Shown here one piece after another: positions 27,112 through 36,593 of a stretch of DNA of 64,000 nt. The position numbers and the translations under genes were made by a program. The DNA comes from Patescibacteria group bacterium (GTDB lineage Bacteria > Patescibacteriota > Minisyncoccia > UBA6257 > Colwellbacteraceae), in the NCBI GenBank assembly GCA_023380305.1, contig JAMCQZ010000008.1, positions 122,659-186,658 on the forward strand, written 5' to 3'. The notes below the pieces were generated by a model. That model saw only the letters and a list, made by a program, of their open reading frames with translations. It searched no databases and had not been told where the DNA came from. The stretch's first letter is position 1; every line of letters begins with the position of its first letter.

Positions 27112-27546
27112 ATGCGCTCTTTAAATAGAATAAAAGGGGATCAGGGCGAAGAAATCGCCTGTGGATATCTCGTGGACAATGGTTATCAGATACTCGACCA
27201 AAATTTTTGGCGACCCTTCGGCGAGATAGATATAATCACGAAATTTCGAGGTCGGACACTTGTTTTTATCGAGGTCAAAACTATCCACAAACCCGGCCAA
27301 ATGGCCATGTCACAACCTGGCCAAAATGCGGCCAAACATAACCAGGACAAGCTCAAATTTCAAAATTCTATACAGCCCGAAGATAATTTAACTGCCAAGA
27401 AAATGGCCAAGTTAAAAAAGACATGTGCGTGGTATGTTGGCCAGCATCCAGAGCTGGTTGATCTTGAAACTGGCTGGAGGATCGATTTAATCAGCTTGAC
27501 AATTACTGGGGAAAGTTGCCTTATCAGACATTACCAAAACATTTAA
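27112..27546 (+). CDS. YraN/UPF0102 family protein (predicted endonuclease fold) with an internal low-complexity insertion
   Basis: ORF 27034..27546 trimmed to Met27, because the upstream MFHVKH codons are just the last parS palindrome. GEEIACGYLVDNGYQILDQNFWRPFGEIDIIT...LVFIEVKT is the UPF0102 core. The insertion HKPGQMAMSQPGQNAAKHNQ... is encoded by a TGGCCA-rich repeat. Confidence 0.65.
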   Translation: MRSLNRIKGDQGEEIACGYLVDNGYQILDQNFWRPFGEIDIITKFRGRTLVFIEVKTIHKPGQMAMSQPGQNAAKHNQDKLKFQNSIQPEDNLTAKKMAKLKKTCAWYVGQHPELVDLETGWRIDLISLTITGESCLIRHYQNI

Positions 27547-27547
27547 A

Positions 27548-28843
27548 ATGATTTCACGAATCAAATTGTCCAGACTAGCTGACAAGCGACTCGCGCGCCC
27601 CTCCTCCATCCCGTCTCCAACCGCAGGTCTGGAACAGGGCTTCACTCTCGTCGAACTCCTCCTTGTCATAGGGATCCTTGGAATCATGGGAGGAATCACG
27701 GTTCTCGTGTTGAGGCCAGCTGAGCTCTTGAAACAAGCCCGGGATTCGGAAAGGCTAGCCGATATGAAGACGTTGAGCCAGCTTTTCACCTCGTATACCA
27801 CCCAGGTGTCGGAGCTCTACGGAAACCCGCAGAACATCTACCTTTCTTTGCCCGACACAAATCCGGATTGCTCTTCCTACAGCCTCCCAGATATTCCTTC
27901 CGGCTACAGCTATCATTGCGTTTCCACAGCAAACCTGAAGAAGGTGGACGGAACAGGCTGGATACCGGTGAACTTCAATTCCATTCCTGGAGGTTCTCCT
28001 ATCGCGGTCTTGCCTGTTGATCCGGCAAACAACGTTTCCTATTACTACAGTTTTGTGGAGGGAGGGTCGTATTCGTTGACCTCGTTTTTAGAATCCCAGA
28101 AACGGGCCCAAGAGAAACCAGATACCGAAGCCACTGGTTCGCTCAGGCAAGACGGTTTTGTCTACGCGATCGGAACAGATCTCGATCTTACGCCCGATAT
28201 AATTTGGGGGAGGAGCTGTAAAACCATCAAAACCCAATATCCGCAGAGTCCCGACGGGCTTTATTGGATAGACGCCGATGCCGAAGGCATTGAGCCGGAA
28301 ATCAGGGTATATTGCGACATGACGACCGACGGCGGAGGATGGACCCTTATCCAATCAACCGTTAAGGGCCAGGCAGCTGACAGCCGTTGGGCCGATACGT
28401 TCCCTAACCAACTCTATCAGACGATCGGCGAACCGTCGCTCATCAGCCCATACCGATTGGCCATGCGTTACTGGTATCTCATACCGAACACCAGCTGGAG
28501 CAAAATGGCGATTACGACAGCTGAGCAAAAGAAGACCTTCAATAAATCTCCGACTTTTTCCCTGACCGGCGTCAATGCCGGCCCGACCGGCTTTACTTAT
28601 ATCGGATCTGATCCGGTTGTCGTCCTTAACTCGCTAAGTTCTTACAACTGGAACACCTGCACTTATGGCGTGGCTTATTTCAACACCAGTTGCTGCGGCA
28701 CCTGCATCCTCTACAACAATCCGACCACCTACAACGCCTACAATCAGCCGATGATGTCGACGATCACCGCCATTGACGGGTCGGTTATCCAGAAATGGAA
28801 TAATTTCGCGCCTCTCGACCGACTCAATATCTTCTCGAGATAG
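27548..28843 (+). CDS. type IV pilin-like protein with C-terminal fibrinogen-related domain (FReD), long 30-aa leader
   Basis: Prepilin cleavage/methylation motif G|FTLVELLLVIGILGIMGG after a 30-residue leader. The C-terminal CKTIKTQYPQSPDGLYWIDADAEGIEPEIRVYCDMTTDGGGWTLIQ carries the FReD signature (C..I....SG.Y.I....VYCDM..DGGGWTVIQ), followed by a Cys-rich tail. Confidence 0.7.
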   Translation: MISRIKLSRLADKRLARPSSIPSPTAGLEQGFTLVELLLVIGILGIMGGITVLVLRPAELLKQARDSERLADMKTLSQLFTSYTTQVSELYGNPQNIYLSLPDTNPDCSSYSLPDIPSGYSYHCVSTANLKKVDGTGWIPVNFNSIPGGSPIAVLPVDPANNVSYYYSFVEGGSYSLTSFLESQKRAQEKPDTEATGSLRQDGFVYAIGTDLDLTPDIIWGRSCKTIKTQYPQSPDGLYWIDADAEGIEPEIRVYCDMTTDGGGWTLIQSTVKGQAADSRWADTFPNQLYQTIGEPSLISPYRLAMRYWYLIPNTSWSKMAITTAEQKKTFNKSPTFSLTGVNAGPTGFTYIGSDPVVVLNSLSSYNWNTCTYGVAYFNTSCCGTCILYNNPTTYNAYNQPMMSTITAIDGSVIQKWNNFAPLDRLNIFSR

Positions 28844-28911
28844 ACTAGTCAAGACTGATCCGCCGGCCTTTACAGGCGTTTTCTTCTTTGTTATTCTGAA
28901 TCTGCTTAAAT

Positions 28912-29187
28912 ATGCCAATCATCAGATCAGCGAAAAAAGCATTAAGGCAATCCGAAAAAAGGCGAGTTGTGAATGCGGGTAAAAAAGAGACCCTTCTTAA
29001 GGCTATCAAGCAGTACCGGAGATTGATCGCCGCCGGCAAAACCGAAGAAGCCAAACAATATCTGCCATCGCTTTACAAAACCTTAGACAAGGCCGCAAAA
29101 GCAAACCTGGTGAAGCAGAACAAATCGAGCCGCTTGAAATCGCGCCTGGCTCAGCTGATCGCGAGATCGGTCAAAACCTCTTCGTAA
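28912..29187 (+). CDS. rpsT: 30S ribosomal protein S20
   Basis: MPIIRSAKKALRQSEKRRVVNAGKKE... matches the S20 N-terminus (IKSAKKR..Q.EKRR.N). Basic, helical, 91 aa. Confidence 0.85.
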   Translation: MPIIRSAKKALRQSEKRRVVNAGKKETLLKAIKQYRRLIAAGKTEEAKQYLPSLYKTLDKAAKANLVKQNKSSRLKSRLAQLIARSVKTSS

Positions 29188-29954
29188 TCCAGTTTTCCGG
29201 ATTTCACCGCCACGTCATAATCGGCTAACATGTTTAGCCATTTTTTTTGGTCTATCGGCGGCCGGCCGTAAGGCAGGCTGTTGAATATCCTTGCCGGGTC
29301 TTCTCTAAGCTGACTCAAGAGCGCTTCGAGCGCCCATAATTTGTGGTTTAAAGATCTACCCGATTTAAAGACGTTCAGGGCTTGGAAATACTCCGGGGCC
29401 TGGGAGCGCCTCCGGAGCGACAATCCTTCTCCGCTCAAAGACAATTTGTCGAGTTCGGTCGCAATGGACCAAGTGTCGACCCCGAAATTATCCTTGAGCA
29501 AGGATATCTGGTCGTCTTTCAGCTCCAAGCCGCGCTTCGCAGCTTCGTTTTTGATAAACTTCGTCAGGCCGGCCTCGCCAAGCTCTTCGAACTCCTGCGA
29601 CTTGATGTCGGTTTCGAACAAAAACTTGAAGTCCGCTCCGGGCTTGGAGTCAGCCGAAAGAATCACCGTGTCCCGGCTATTTTTATAGAGAGCGACCAAT
29701 TCTTTAAGCTCCTTGATCTTCTTTCCCGCCTTGAAATCAGCGCCGGAAAAATTTTTCAAAACAACAATCTTAAGGGGGTCGAAAAGGGATCGGTTTCTCA
29801 AAAATTCGACGGCGTCGTCGAAAGCCTGGAGATCGTCTTCAAGATCGGCTCTGAAAACCCCGAGATCGCCGTGCTTTTGCCGGTAAGCCGCGATGATTTC
29901 ATCCGTTTTCTGTTTGCGGCGATAAGAATCCGGCCCGTAGAAAAGCAAAACCAT
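29151..29954 (-). CDS. holA: DNA polymerase III delta subunit (HolA)-like
   Basis: N-terminal LLFYGPDSYRRKQ fits the clamp-loader delta pattern (LYLLYG.E.L.). The size and helical C-domain are consistent. Moderate confidence. Confidence 0.55.
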   Translation of the reverse strand: MVLLFYGPDSYRRKQKTDEIIAAYRQKHGDLGVFRADLEDDLQAFDDAVEFLRNRSLFDPLKIVVLKNFSGADFKAGKKIKELKELVALYKNSRDTVILSADSKPGADFKFLFETDIKSQEFEELGEAGLTKFIKNEAAKRGLELKDDQISLLKDNFGVDTWSIATELDKLSLSGEGLSLRRRSQAPEYFQALNVFKSGRSLNHKLWALEALLSQLREDPARIFNSLPYGRPPIDQKKWLNMLADYDVAVKSGKLDYEEVLTDLAIS

Positions 29955-29985
29955 GGCCTTATGATAACCCGAAACCCGCGAAGAT

Positions 29986-30855
29986 TCACAATCTCTGGCA
30001 GGCAGGACAGAAATAAGCTGATCGGCCTCCGATCTTCATCCTCTTGACCTTGCCGGCGCAGGGCCCCGGACAAGGCTGATTCTCGCGGCGGTAAACCAGG
30101 CGCTTCGGGCCGTAAGCGCCTTCGGCACCGGCTGTGTCGCGAAAATCCGAAACCGAGACGCCCCGAAGGATAATGGCCTCTTGGAGTATTCTTTTCATCG
30201 AATCATAAAGTTTTTTCCGCCTTTCGTTATCCAGAGAATCGGCCGAAGACAAAGGATGGATCTTGGCGTCGAAAAGGATTTCGTCCGAATAAATATTGCC
30301 GATGCCGGCGATCGAGCCCTGATCCATCAGCAATTTTTTGATCGGCTTTCGAGAGTCTCTTAGGAGATTCTTAAAATTCTCGAAGTCAATTTCGGTTGCC
30401 TCCGGCCCCAACCGATCAAGCTTGGCCGCGGCCGTGATTTCCTCGGCGTCGCCGAACATAATCTTCGCGAATTTACGAAGATCGGATAAGGCAAGCATCT
30501 GGCCGTTATCAAGAGAAAAAACAACGTGGATGTAGCTGTTCACCTTCTCCATAAGCGGACCGGCCGCTTTCACCGGCTTGGCCCCCTTCGAAGAAAGAAT
30601 CCACTGGCCGAGAAGATAATGACCGGTCATTTTAAGATGGGTCAGAAGCAGTTTTCCGGAGTCGAAGTGGATCAAAATATTTTTCGCCCGGCGATCGACG
30701 CCGACAATCTTCCGGCCGACGATCTCCTTCTTGAACTGCGAAAACGGCTCGCGAATCAAATTCGGCGCGTCCGTCCAGACATCGACGATCGTCCGGCCTT
30801 TGATTTTCTTATCAAGGTCATCGACGATCGTTTGAACTTCCGGAAGTTCTGGCAT
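29986..30855 (-). CDS. mutM: formamidopyrimidine-DNA glycosylase (Fpg/MutM)
   Basis: N-terminal MPELPEV catalytic Pro2/Glu3, H2TH, and the C-terminal zinc finger CPGPCAGKV...CPACQ. Confidence 0.85.
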   Translation of the reverse strand: MPELPEVQTIVDDLDKKIKGRTIVDVWTDAPNLIREPFSQFKKEIVGRKIVGVDRRAKNILIHFDSGKLLLTHLKMTGHYLLGQWILSSKGAKPVKAAGPLMEKVNSYIHVVFSLDNGQMLALSDLRKFAKIMFGDAEEITAAAKLDRLGPEATEIDFENFKNLLRDSRKPIKKLLMDQGSIAGIGNIYSDEILFDAKIHPLSSADSLDNERRKKLYDSMKRILQEAIILRGVSVSDFRDTAGAEGAYGPKRLVYRRENQPCPGPCAGKVKRMKIGGRSAYFCPACQRL

Positions 30856-30867
30856 CGACGATAAGGA

Positions 30868-32202
30868 TTACGTCTCGCCGTAGATTATTTCCTTCGGCGG
30901 GATCAGTCTCGGATCGGTCGGCAGAAAAACGTAAAAAGTCGTTCCCCGGTTCAAAACCGACTCCGCCTGGATGCCGCCGCCGTGACGAAGGATAATATTC
31001 TTGGCGATATAGAGGCCAAGCCCCGTGCCGTCGGTCTCGTCGCGCACCACGTTCTCTCCGCGATAAAACTTGCTGAACAATTTGGGCATGTCTTCCTCCG
31101 GTATGCCGACGCCTGTGTCTTGAACGCTTATTCTCACATACGGCCGATCGGTCATCTTTTCGATCTTCACGGTAACGCTGCCGTTTTTGACGTTATACTT
31201 GATGGCGTTGTCGAGCAGATTTGAAAAAGCCATGCCGAGTCTTTTCGGATCCATCCTGATAACAACCGGGAGATTGTCGGCCGGCCGATCGAAATAAAGA
31301 CTGACTCCGTATTCTTTGGCGATCGCCTGGACTCCCGAAAGAGCCTCTTCGAGAAAGGCGACGATATCCATATCCTGGAACTCGTAACCGAAACGCCCTT
31401 CTTCAATCTTCGAAGTGTTTAAAAGATCCTCGATGATTTTCATGAGCTTTCCGGAGGCGGAAAGACCCGTCGCCGTCAACTCTTTGATGTTCGGATCAAG
31501 GTTCGGAACAATGTTGATATTCTCGAGGGCCCAGCGCACGGCCGTAAGGGGTGTCCGGAGCTGGTGGGCGGCCACGGTGATAAATTCCGATTTTGACCGC
31601 AGGAGTTCGATCTCCCGGGTCCGGTCGTGGACCACCTTGACGAATCCGAGCACCTCTCCTTTGTCCGTCGTTATTCGATCGGTTGAAACCCGAATCTCGA
31701 TGTCCGGCTCGACGAAGGAGATATCGACGACCTGGGGGTATACCCCGGGCTCGCTCCTTTTGACAACTGTCGGCGCAAGCGAAGGAAAAACCACTTGAGC
31801 GAGCAGTTTTAGCTCCGGATTAGCTCCCCATTCGGGAGAAATCTTCTTGCCGATGACCTTGTCTTTCTGGATGTTAAAAATCTGTTCGGCGGCGGCGTTC
31901 ATCTCGGTGATCTCGAGATTGTTGTCGTAACTTATGATGCCGTCGCTTAGATTGGAGACGATGCTCTGGAGCCTCCTGTAATTAAAAACAGCCTGGCGGC
32001 TTTCTCTCATCGCCCGGTAGCCCGCCCGAAAGACAAAAACGCCGGTAACGACAACAGCGGCAAGATCCAACCATAGCCAAATGCCAGTCAGGTAGCTGAT
32101 CGCGATAACGAGATTGAGAATCCCGGCGGCGAGAAAAAACCAAAAGCCCGTCATCTGCGGGGATCGCCACCATCCTTTAATTTGCGAAAAGATTTTGTCC
32201 AA
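30868..32202 (-). CDS. sensor histidine kinase (2 TM plus PAS plus HisKA plus HATPase_c)
   Basis: H-box AAHQLRTPLTAV. N/G boxes LLDNAIKYN...DTGVGIPEE...GTGLGLYIAK. Confidence 0.85.
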   Translation of the reverse strand: MDKIFSQIKGWWRSPQMTGFWFFLAAGILNLVIAISYLTGIWLWLDLAAVVVTGVFVFRAGYRAMRESRQAVFNYRRLQSIVSNLSDGIISYDNNLEITEMNAAAEQIFNIQKDKVIGKKISPEWGANPELKLLAQVVFPSLAPTVVKRSEPGVYPQVVDISFVEPDIEIRVSTDRITTDKGEVLGFVKVVHDRTREIELLRSKSEFITVAAHQLRTPLTAVRWALENINIVPNLDPNIKELTATGLSASGKLMKIIEDLLNTSKIEEGRFGYEFQDMDIVAFLEEALSGVQAIAKEYGVSLYFDRPADNLPVVIRMDPKRLGMAFSNLLDNAIKYNVKNGSVTVKIEKMTDRPYVRISVQDTGVGIPEEDMPKLFSKFYRGENVVRDETDGTGLGLYIAKNIILRHGGGIQAESVLNRGTTFYVFLPTDPRLIPPKEIIYGET

Positions 32203-32209
32203 ATCTTTA

Positions 32210-33088
32210 TTATTCTACCACTTCAAGCCTTGACGCCAAAGAATGGAATCCGAGCTCGGTGAAATAATCCATCAAATCTTTTTTGGAGACGATGCCAAAT
32301 TTCAAAGTGGACAGATCGACTTCGGGTAGGGGAACGTCTCTTCTCACGGTCGCCAGTTTTTTCGAGAGCATGGCCATCTCTTTGCCGGCGATCAGCTTCT
32401 TGTAGCCGCTGTTGATCGGGGCGGGCGAAAGGCCATAAAAATCCTCGATCGATCCGAACTCCCTGATGATTTCTCCGGCTGTTTTCGGCCCGATACCCAA
32501 CACCCCGGGGATATTATCAGACTTGTCTCCGACCAAAGCTTTGTAATCCGGAATCTGATCCGGCCGCACGCCATATTTTTCGATGACGGCCTTCTCGTCG
32601 TAGACAGTAAAGCTGCTCACGCCTTTTTGAGGAATCCAGGCGCTCACTTTCGGATCCTCAACGAGCTGCAGGGTATCGTGGTCTCCGGAAAGAATAACGA
32701 TACGGAGATCGTCCCGGGATTTGTACTTCTCAACAAGCGTAGCGATCAGATCGTCGGCTTCGAATCCCGGCATCTCGTAAGTCATGATGTTGAAATGCTC
32801 CATCATGTGTTTCGATTCCTTGAGTTGGGCGATCAAATCCGACGGCGCAGCCGGCCGGGTGATCTTATAATTTTCAAATTCCTGCTCCCGGAAAGTCGGT
32901 TCGGGCCGATCATAAGCGGCGAAGACGTACTCCGGGTGGATCTCTTTCAATATTTTTAAAAGAGCATTCGCCAAACCATAAAGGGCGCCGGTCGGCCGGC
33001 CATCGGGGGCAGTAAACGGCGGCAAAGCGAAAAAACTTCGATAAATTAGGGAATTCGCGTCTATCAGAAGAAGTATTTTATCCGGCAT
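32210..33088 (-). CDS. 5'-3' exonuclease / flap endonuclease (Pol I N-terminal-domain-like)
   Basis: LLLIDANSLIYRSFFAL, EADDLIATL, GDKSDNIPGVLGIGPKTA (H3TH). Confidence 0.8.
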   Translation of the reverse strand: MPDKILLLIDANSLIYRSFFALPPFTAPDGRPTGALYGLANALLKILKEIHPEYVFAAYDRPEPTFREQEFENYKITRPAAPSDLIAQLKESKHMMEHFNIMTYEMPGFEADDLIATLVEKYKSRDDLRIVILSGDHDTLQLVEDPKVSAWIPQKGVSSFTVYDEKAVIEKYGVRPDQIPDYKALVGDKSDNIPGVLGIGPKTAGEIIREFGSIEDFYGLSPAPINSGYKKLIAGKEMAMLSKKLATVRRDVPLPEVDLSTLKFGIVSKKDLMDYFTELGFHSLASRLEVVE

Positions 33089-33092
33089 GGTT

Positions 33093-33545
33093 TTAAAACT
33101 TGATTATCCGTTCATTCTCTTTTTCGCCGCAGGCGAAGGAAATCATCTTGGCATCTTTGAACAGGCTCGTCCGGACCCGCTCCGGCCATTCGATCATCAC
33201 GAGCGCCCGGCTGGATTTCAAGACGTCTCCGAATCCAAGCTCCTTCAAGTCGCCGAAGCTCCGCAAGCGATAGGCGTCGACGTGATAGACGTCTTTGACG
33301 CCGAGCTTGGCCCGCGAAAGCCGATAGTGTTTCATCAAGACAAAAGTCGGGCTGGTGGCTCGCCTCACTCCGAAATAACGAAGCGCTCCCTGGATAAAAG
33401 TCGTCTTGCCCGAACCGAGATCGCCGGAAAGGAGTAAAACCAACGCTCCGGTTTTGGGCTTCCTCTTGCGTAAAACATCCTCGATGAATTCCTCGGCCAG
33501 GGCCCGGGTTTCTTTAAAAGACTCTGTCTTGACCTTCGTCATCAA
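33093..33545 (-). CDS. tsaE: tRNA t6A37 biosynthesis ATPase TsaE (YjeE)
   Basis: Walker A GDLGSGKTTFIQG, and the size is typical of TsaE. Confidence 0.75.
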   Translation of the reverse strand: MMTKVKTESFKETRALAEEFIEDVLRKRKPKTGALVLLLSGDLGSGKTTFIQGALRYFGVRRATSPTFVLMKHYRLSRAKLGVKDVYHVDAYRLRSFGDLKELGFGDVLKSSRALVMIEWPERVRTSLFKDAKMISFACGEKENERIIKF

Positions 33546-34528
33546 GGCTTGGCTAGATGCTCTTTGGCCGCTTCGGTGATCACTCGACCGGACGAAGTCC
33601 TTTTTAAAAATCCGATTTTCATAAGATACGGCTCGTAAACCTCCTCGATCACGCCGCGTTCTTCCCCCAAGGCCGCCGAGAGAGTGTTGAGGCCGACCGG
33701 GCCGCCGCCAAATTGGTTGGCGATAAGCCCCAAAAACTTCCTGTCGATGTATTCAAGGCCAAATTCGTCTATATCAAGCAGCTGGAGCGCCTTATCGACG
33801 GTTTCTTCCTTGATTACCGACACCTGGTTCATCTCGGCGAAGTCCCGACTTCTCTTTAAAAGCCTGTTCGCGATTCTCGGAGTGAAGCGGCTCGCGGCGG
33901 CCAGGCTTGCCACGGCCGGGTCTTCGATCGCGATATTTAAAATCTTGGCCGATCTTTTTAAAATGGATTCGATATCTTTCAAAAAATAATAATCCAGCCG
34001 AAACGAAGCTCCGAAACGCGATCTCAAAGGGTTTGAAAGCAGGTTCGCCCGCGTCGTCGCCGCGATCAAAGTAAAGGGGGGCAAGTCTAAGGAGATGGTC
34101 CTGGCAGCCGGACCCTTACCCAAAATAATGTTTAGTTTCCGGCTTTCCATCGCCGGATAAAGAATTTCTTCAATCATTTTATTGAGACGGTGGGCTTCGT
34201 CTATAAAAAGGACGTCGTGCGGTTCGAGGTTGGTTAAAACCGCAGCCAAATCTCCGGCTTTCTCGAGCGCCGGCCCGGAAGTCTCTCTAATTTCGACGTC
34301 GAGCTCGTTCGCCACCAAATGGGCGAGCGTGGTTTTTCCAAGTCCGGCCGGGCCGTAGAATAAAAGATGGTCCGGCGCCTCGTTTCTCTGCTTGGCCGCC
34401 CCCAAAATGACAGCCAGCGCTCTTTTGATCGTCTCCTGGCCGACGTAATCCTCGAAAACTCGCGGTCTCAATAAGAGATCAACGTTCGAATCATCGATTT
34501 TCGGCGGCTGAATAGGGGTTTTTTTCAT
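33542..34528 (-). CDS. ruvB: Holliday junction branch-migration helicase RuvB
   Basis: GPAGLGKTTLAHLVANEL, FIDEAHRL, and a winged-helix C-terminal domain. Confidence 0.9.
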   Translation of the reverse strand: MKKTPIQPPKIDDSNVDLLLRPRVFEDYVGQETIKRALAVILGAAKQRNEAPDHLLFYGPAGLGKTTLAHLVANELDVEIRETSGPALEKAGDLAAVLTNLEPHDVLFIDEAHRLNKMIEEILYPAMESRKLNIILGKGPAARTISLDLPPFTLIAATTRANLLSNPLRSRFGASFRLDYYFLKDIESILKRSAKILNIAIEDPAVASLAAASRFTPRIANRLLKRSRDFAEMNQVSVIKEETVDKALQLLDIDEFGLEYIDRKFLGLIANQFGGGPVGLNTLSAALGEERGVIEEVYEPYLMKIGFLKRTSSGRVITEAAKEHLAKP

Positions 34529-34729
34529 CTCTTGACAAATATCCTGCGATATGCTATCTTGAGTTAAATCCGCAATGGATCTTCGGTATGGGAATTGTTT
34601 TTAGTCATCGGCCTATCTGGCTCCGGCTGGGTTACGCCTCGAGACAATTCTAAATCTTTCTTTTGATTCTTAAAAGAAAGATCATTCTTTTTTAAGCTTA
34701 CCGAAATTCCTTCGCGGATTTTTTGTTTT

Positions 34730-36061
34730 CTAAACTATTTTCCAAGCTATCGGGCCTGTCTGGCGCTCTACTTCCTCAAATGAGGTAACGCCTCTCAACA
34801 CCTTAATCAAACCGTCCGCCTGCGCGCCGACAAACCCCTTTTTGACAGCGGCTTTTTCAATATCGAACTCCGTCATATTCTCGGCGATGATGGAGGCGAA
34901 TTCTTTATCGAATCTCAATATTTCAAAAATGCCGATTCTCCCCTTATAACCCGTGTTGTTGCAGACGGGGCAGCCGACCGCTTTGTATAGACGAACCTCT
35001 TCTGCTTTCGGTTTGTCCACGATTCCGGGAAGGGCATCAAGAAAACTTTTTATCTTCTCTTTTGTCTCCTCGGACGGATCAACCGATTCCCGGCATTCTT
35101 CACAAAGTTTTCTCACCAGCCTTTGGGCGATGACCACGTTCAAGGCCGGTCCGATAACCGAGGGTTTGATGCCCAAATCAAGAAGCCTCGGCACGGCGCC
35201 GACGGCATTATTGGTGTGCAAGGTGGAAAAAACCAGGTGGCCGGTAAGGCTGCTGTGAAGCGCGATCTCCGCTGTTTGCTCGTCGCGGATTTCACCGACC
35301 AGGATAACGTCCGGGTCCTGCCTCAAGATCGATCTCAAGCCGTTTTCAAAAGTGTATCCGGCGCTTTCGTCAACCTGGGTCTGTTCAATGCCCGGGAGGT
35401 GATATTCAATCGGATCCTCGATGGTAATAATCTTGATATCCGGACTGGAAACAGACTTCAAAAAAGCATAAAGCGTAGTGGTTTTGCCCGATCCGGTCGG
35501 CCCGGTAACCAAGATCATGCCGTTCGGACGCTTCAGCTCCTCGGCCATCACAGCTTCATCATCTTTGCGCAGGCCAAGGTCGCCGATGTTTAAAGAGATG
35601 GCCGCCGGGTTCAGCAATCTTAAAACTGCGGTCTCGCCGAACTCCGAAGGGTTGACTGAAACTCTGATTTCGACGTCAATCGCTCCGGCGGGCTCCAAAA
35701 CGCGCGCCGTAAAGCGACCATCCTGGGCCACGTCGCGGACATTCAGTTTTAAATTCCCCAAAAGCTTGATCCGGTTTAAAATCAAAGCGTAAGAATCCCT
35801 GCCGATTTCGGCGATATCATTCAAAACGCCGTCGATGCGCGCCCGCAAGCGCGTTTTTCCTTCTTCGATCTCCAAATGAATGTCTGAAGCGTCGAGGCCG
35901 AGACTCGAAGCGACGATCGTCTCCAAAAATTCAGAGGCGCTTGCTTTTTTGTCGTTTAAATCTTGAATTTTCTTCCCAAAATCGGCTATGGTTGTAGGAA
36001 GAAACGCCGAGATTTCTATCCCATCTCGGAAATCTGCATTCTCAGCCATTGAAAACATCAT
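34730..36061 (-). CDS. pilB: type IV pilus assembly ATPase PilB / GspE family
   Basis: GspE N-domain, Walker A LVTGPTGSGKTTTL, Asp/His boxes, and the tetracysteine motif CEECRE...CPVCNNTGYKGRIGIFE. Confidence 0.85.
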   Translation of the reverse strand: MMFSMAENADFRDGIEISAFLPTTIADFGKKIQDLNDKKASASEFLETIVASSLGLDASDIHLEIEEGKTRLRARIDGVLNDIAEIGRDSYALILNRIKLLGNLKLNVRDVAQDGRFTARVLEPAGAIDVEIRVSVNPSEFGETAVLRLLNPAAISLNIGDLGLRKDDEAVMAEELKRPNGMILVTGPTGSGKTTTLYAFLKSVSSPDIKIITIEDPIEYHLPGIEQTQVDESAGYTFENGLRSILRQDPDVILVGEIRDEQTAEIALHSSLTGHLVFSTLHTNNAVGAVPRLLDLGIKPSVIGPALNVVIAQRLVRKLCEECRESVDPSEETKEKIKSFLDALPGIVDKPKAEEVRLYKAVGCPVCNNTGYKGRIGIFEILRFDKEFASIIAENMTEFDIEKAAVKKGFVGAQADGLIKVLRGVTSFEEVERQTGPIAWKIV

Positions 36062-36068
36062 AAATTAT

Positions 36069-36593
36069 ATGTCTGGACACAGCAAATGGTCTCAAATCAA
36101 ACACAAGAAGGAAGTCACCGATAAAAAACGGGCGAAATTCTTCACCAAACTCCTCGGCAATATCCAGGTCGCGGCCAAAGACGACCCGAATCCAGAATTC
36201 AATCCGCGACTGCGCGACGCCGTGCTTAAAGCCAAGGAAGCCAACATACCCCAAGAAAACATTGACCGGGCCATCAAGCGCGCCAAAGAGGAGCCGAGCG
36301 AGGAAATCCTCGTCGAAATGTACGGGCCCGAAGGGTCGGCTTTCATGGTCGCCGGCGTTACCGCAAATACCAACCGGACCATGGCCGACATTAAGGCCGT
36401 AGCCAAAGATTTCGACGCCAAAATCGGCTTGCCCGGATCGGCCAAATGGGCCTTCAACCAATCCGACGGGGAGTTTGTCCCGAATTTCACGCAGGCGGTT
36501 TCGGAAGAAAACCGAGAAAAAATTTCAAACCTGATCGACGCCCTGGAGGACATCGACGAGGTAACCGCGATTTACACGAACGCCGTTTTATGA
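36069..36593 (+). CDS. yebC: YebC/PmpR family probable transcriptional regulator (short form)
   Basis: MSGHSKWSQIKHKKEVTDKKRAKFFTKL is a canonical YebC N-terminus. ORF 35988..36593 trimmed to Met28. Confidence 0.8.
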   Translation: MSGHSKWSQIKHKKEVTDKKRAKFFTKLLGNIQVAAKDDPNPEFNPRLRDAVLKAKEANIPQENIDRAIKRAKEEPSEEILVEMYGPEGSAFMVAGVTANTNRTMADIKAVAKDFDAKIGLPGSAKWAFNQSDGEFVPNFTQAVSEENREKISNLIDALEDIDEVTAIYTNAVL

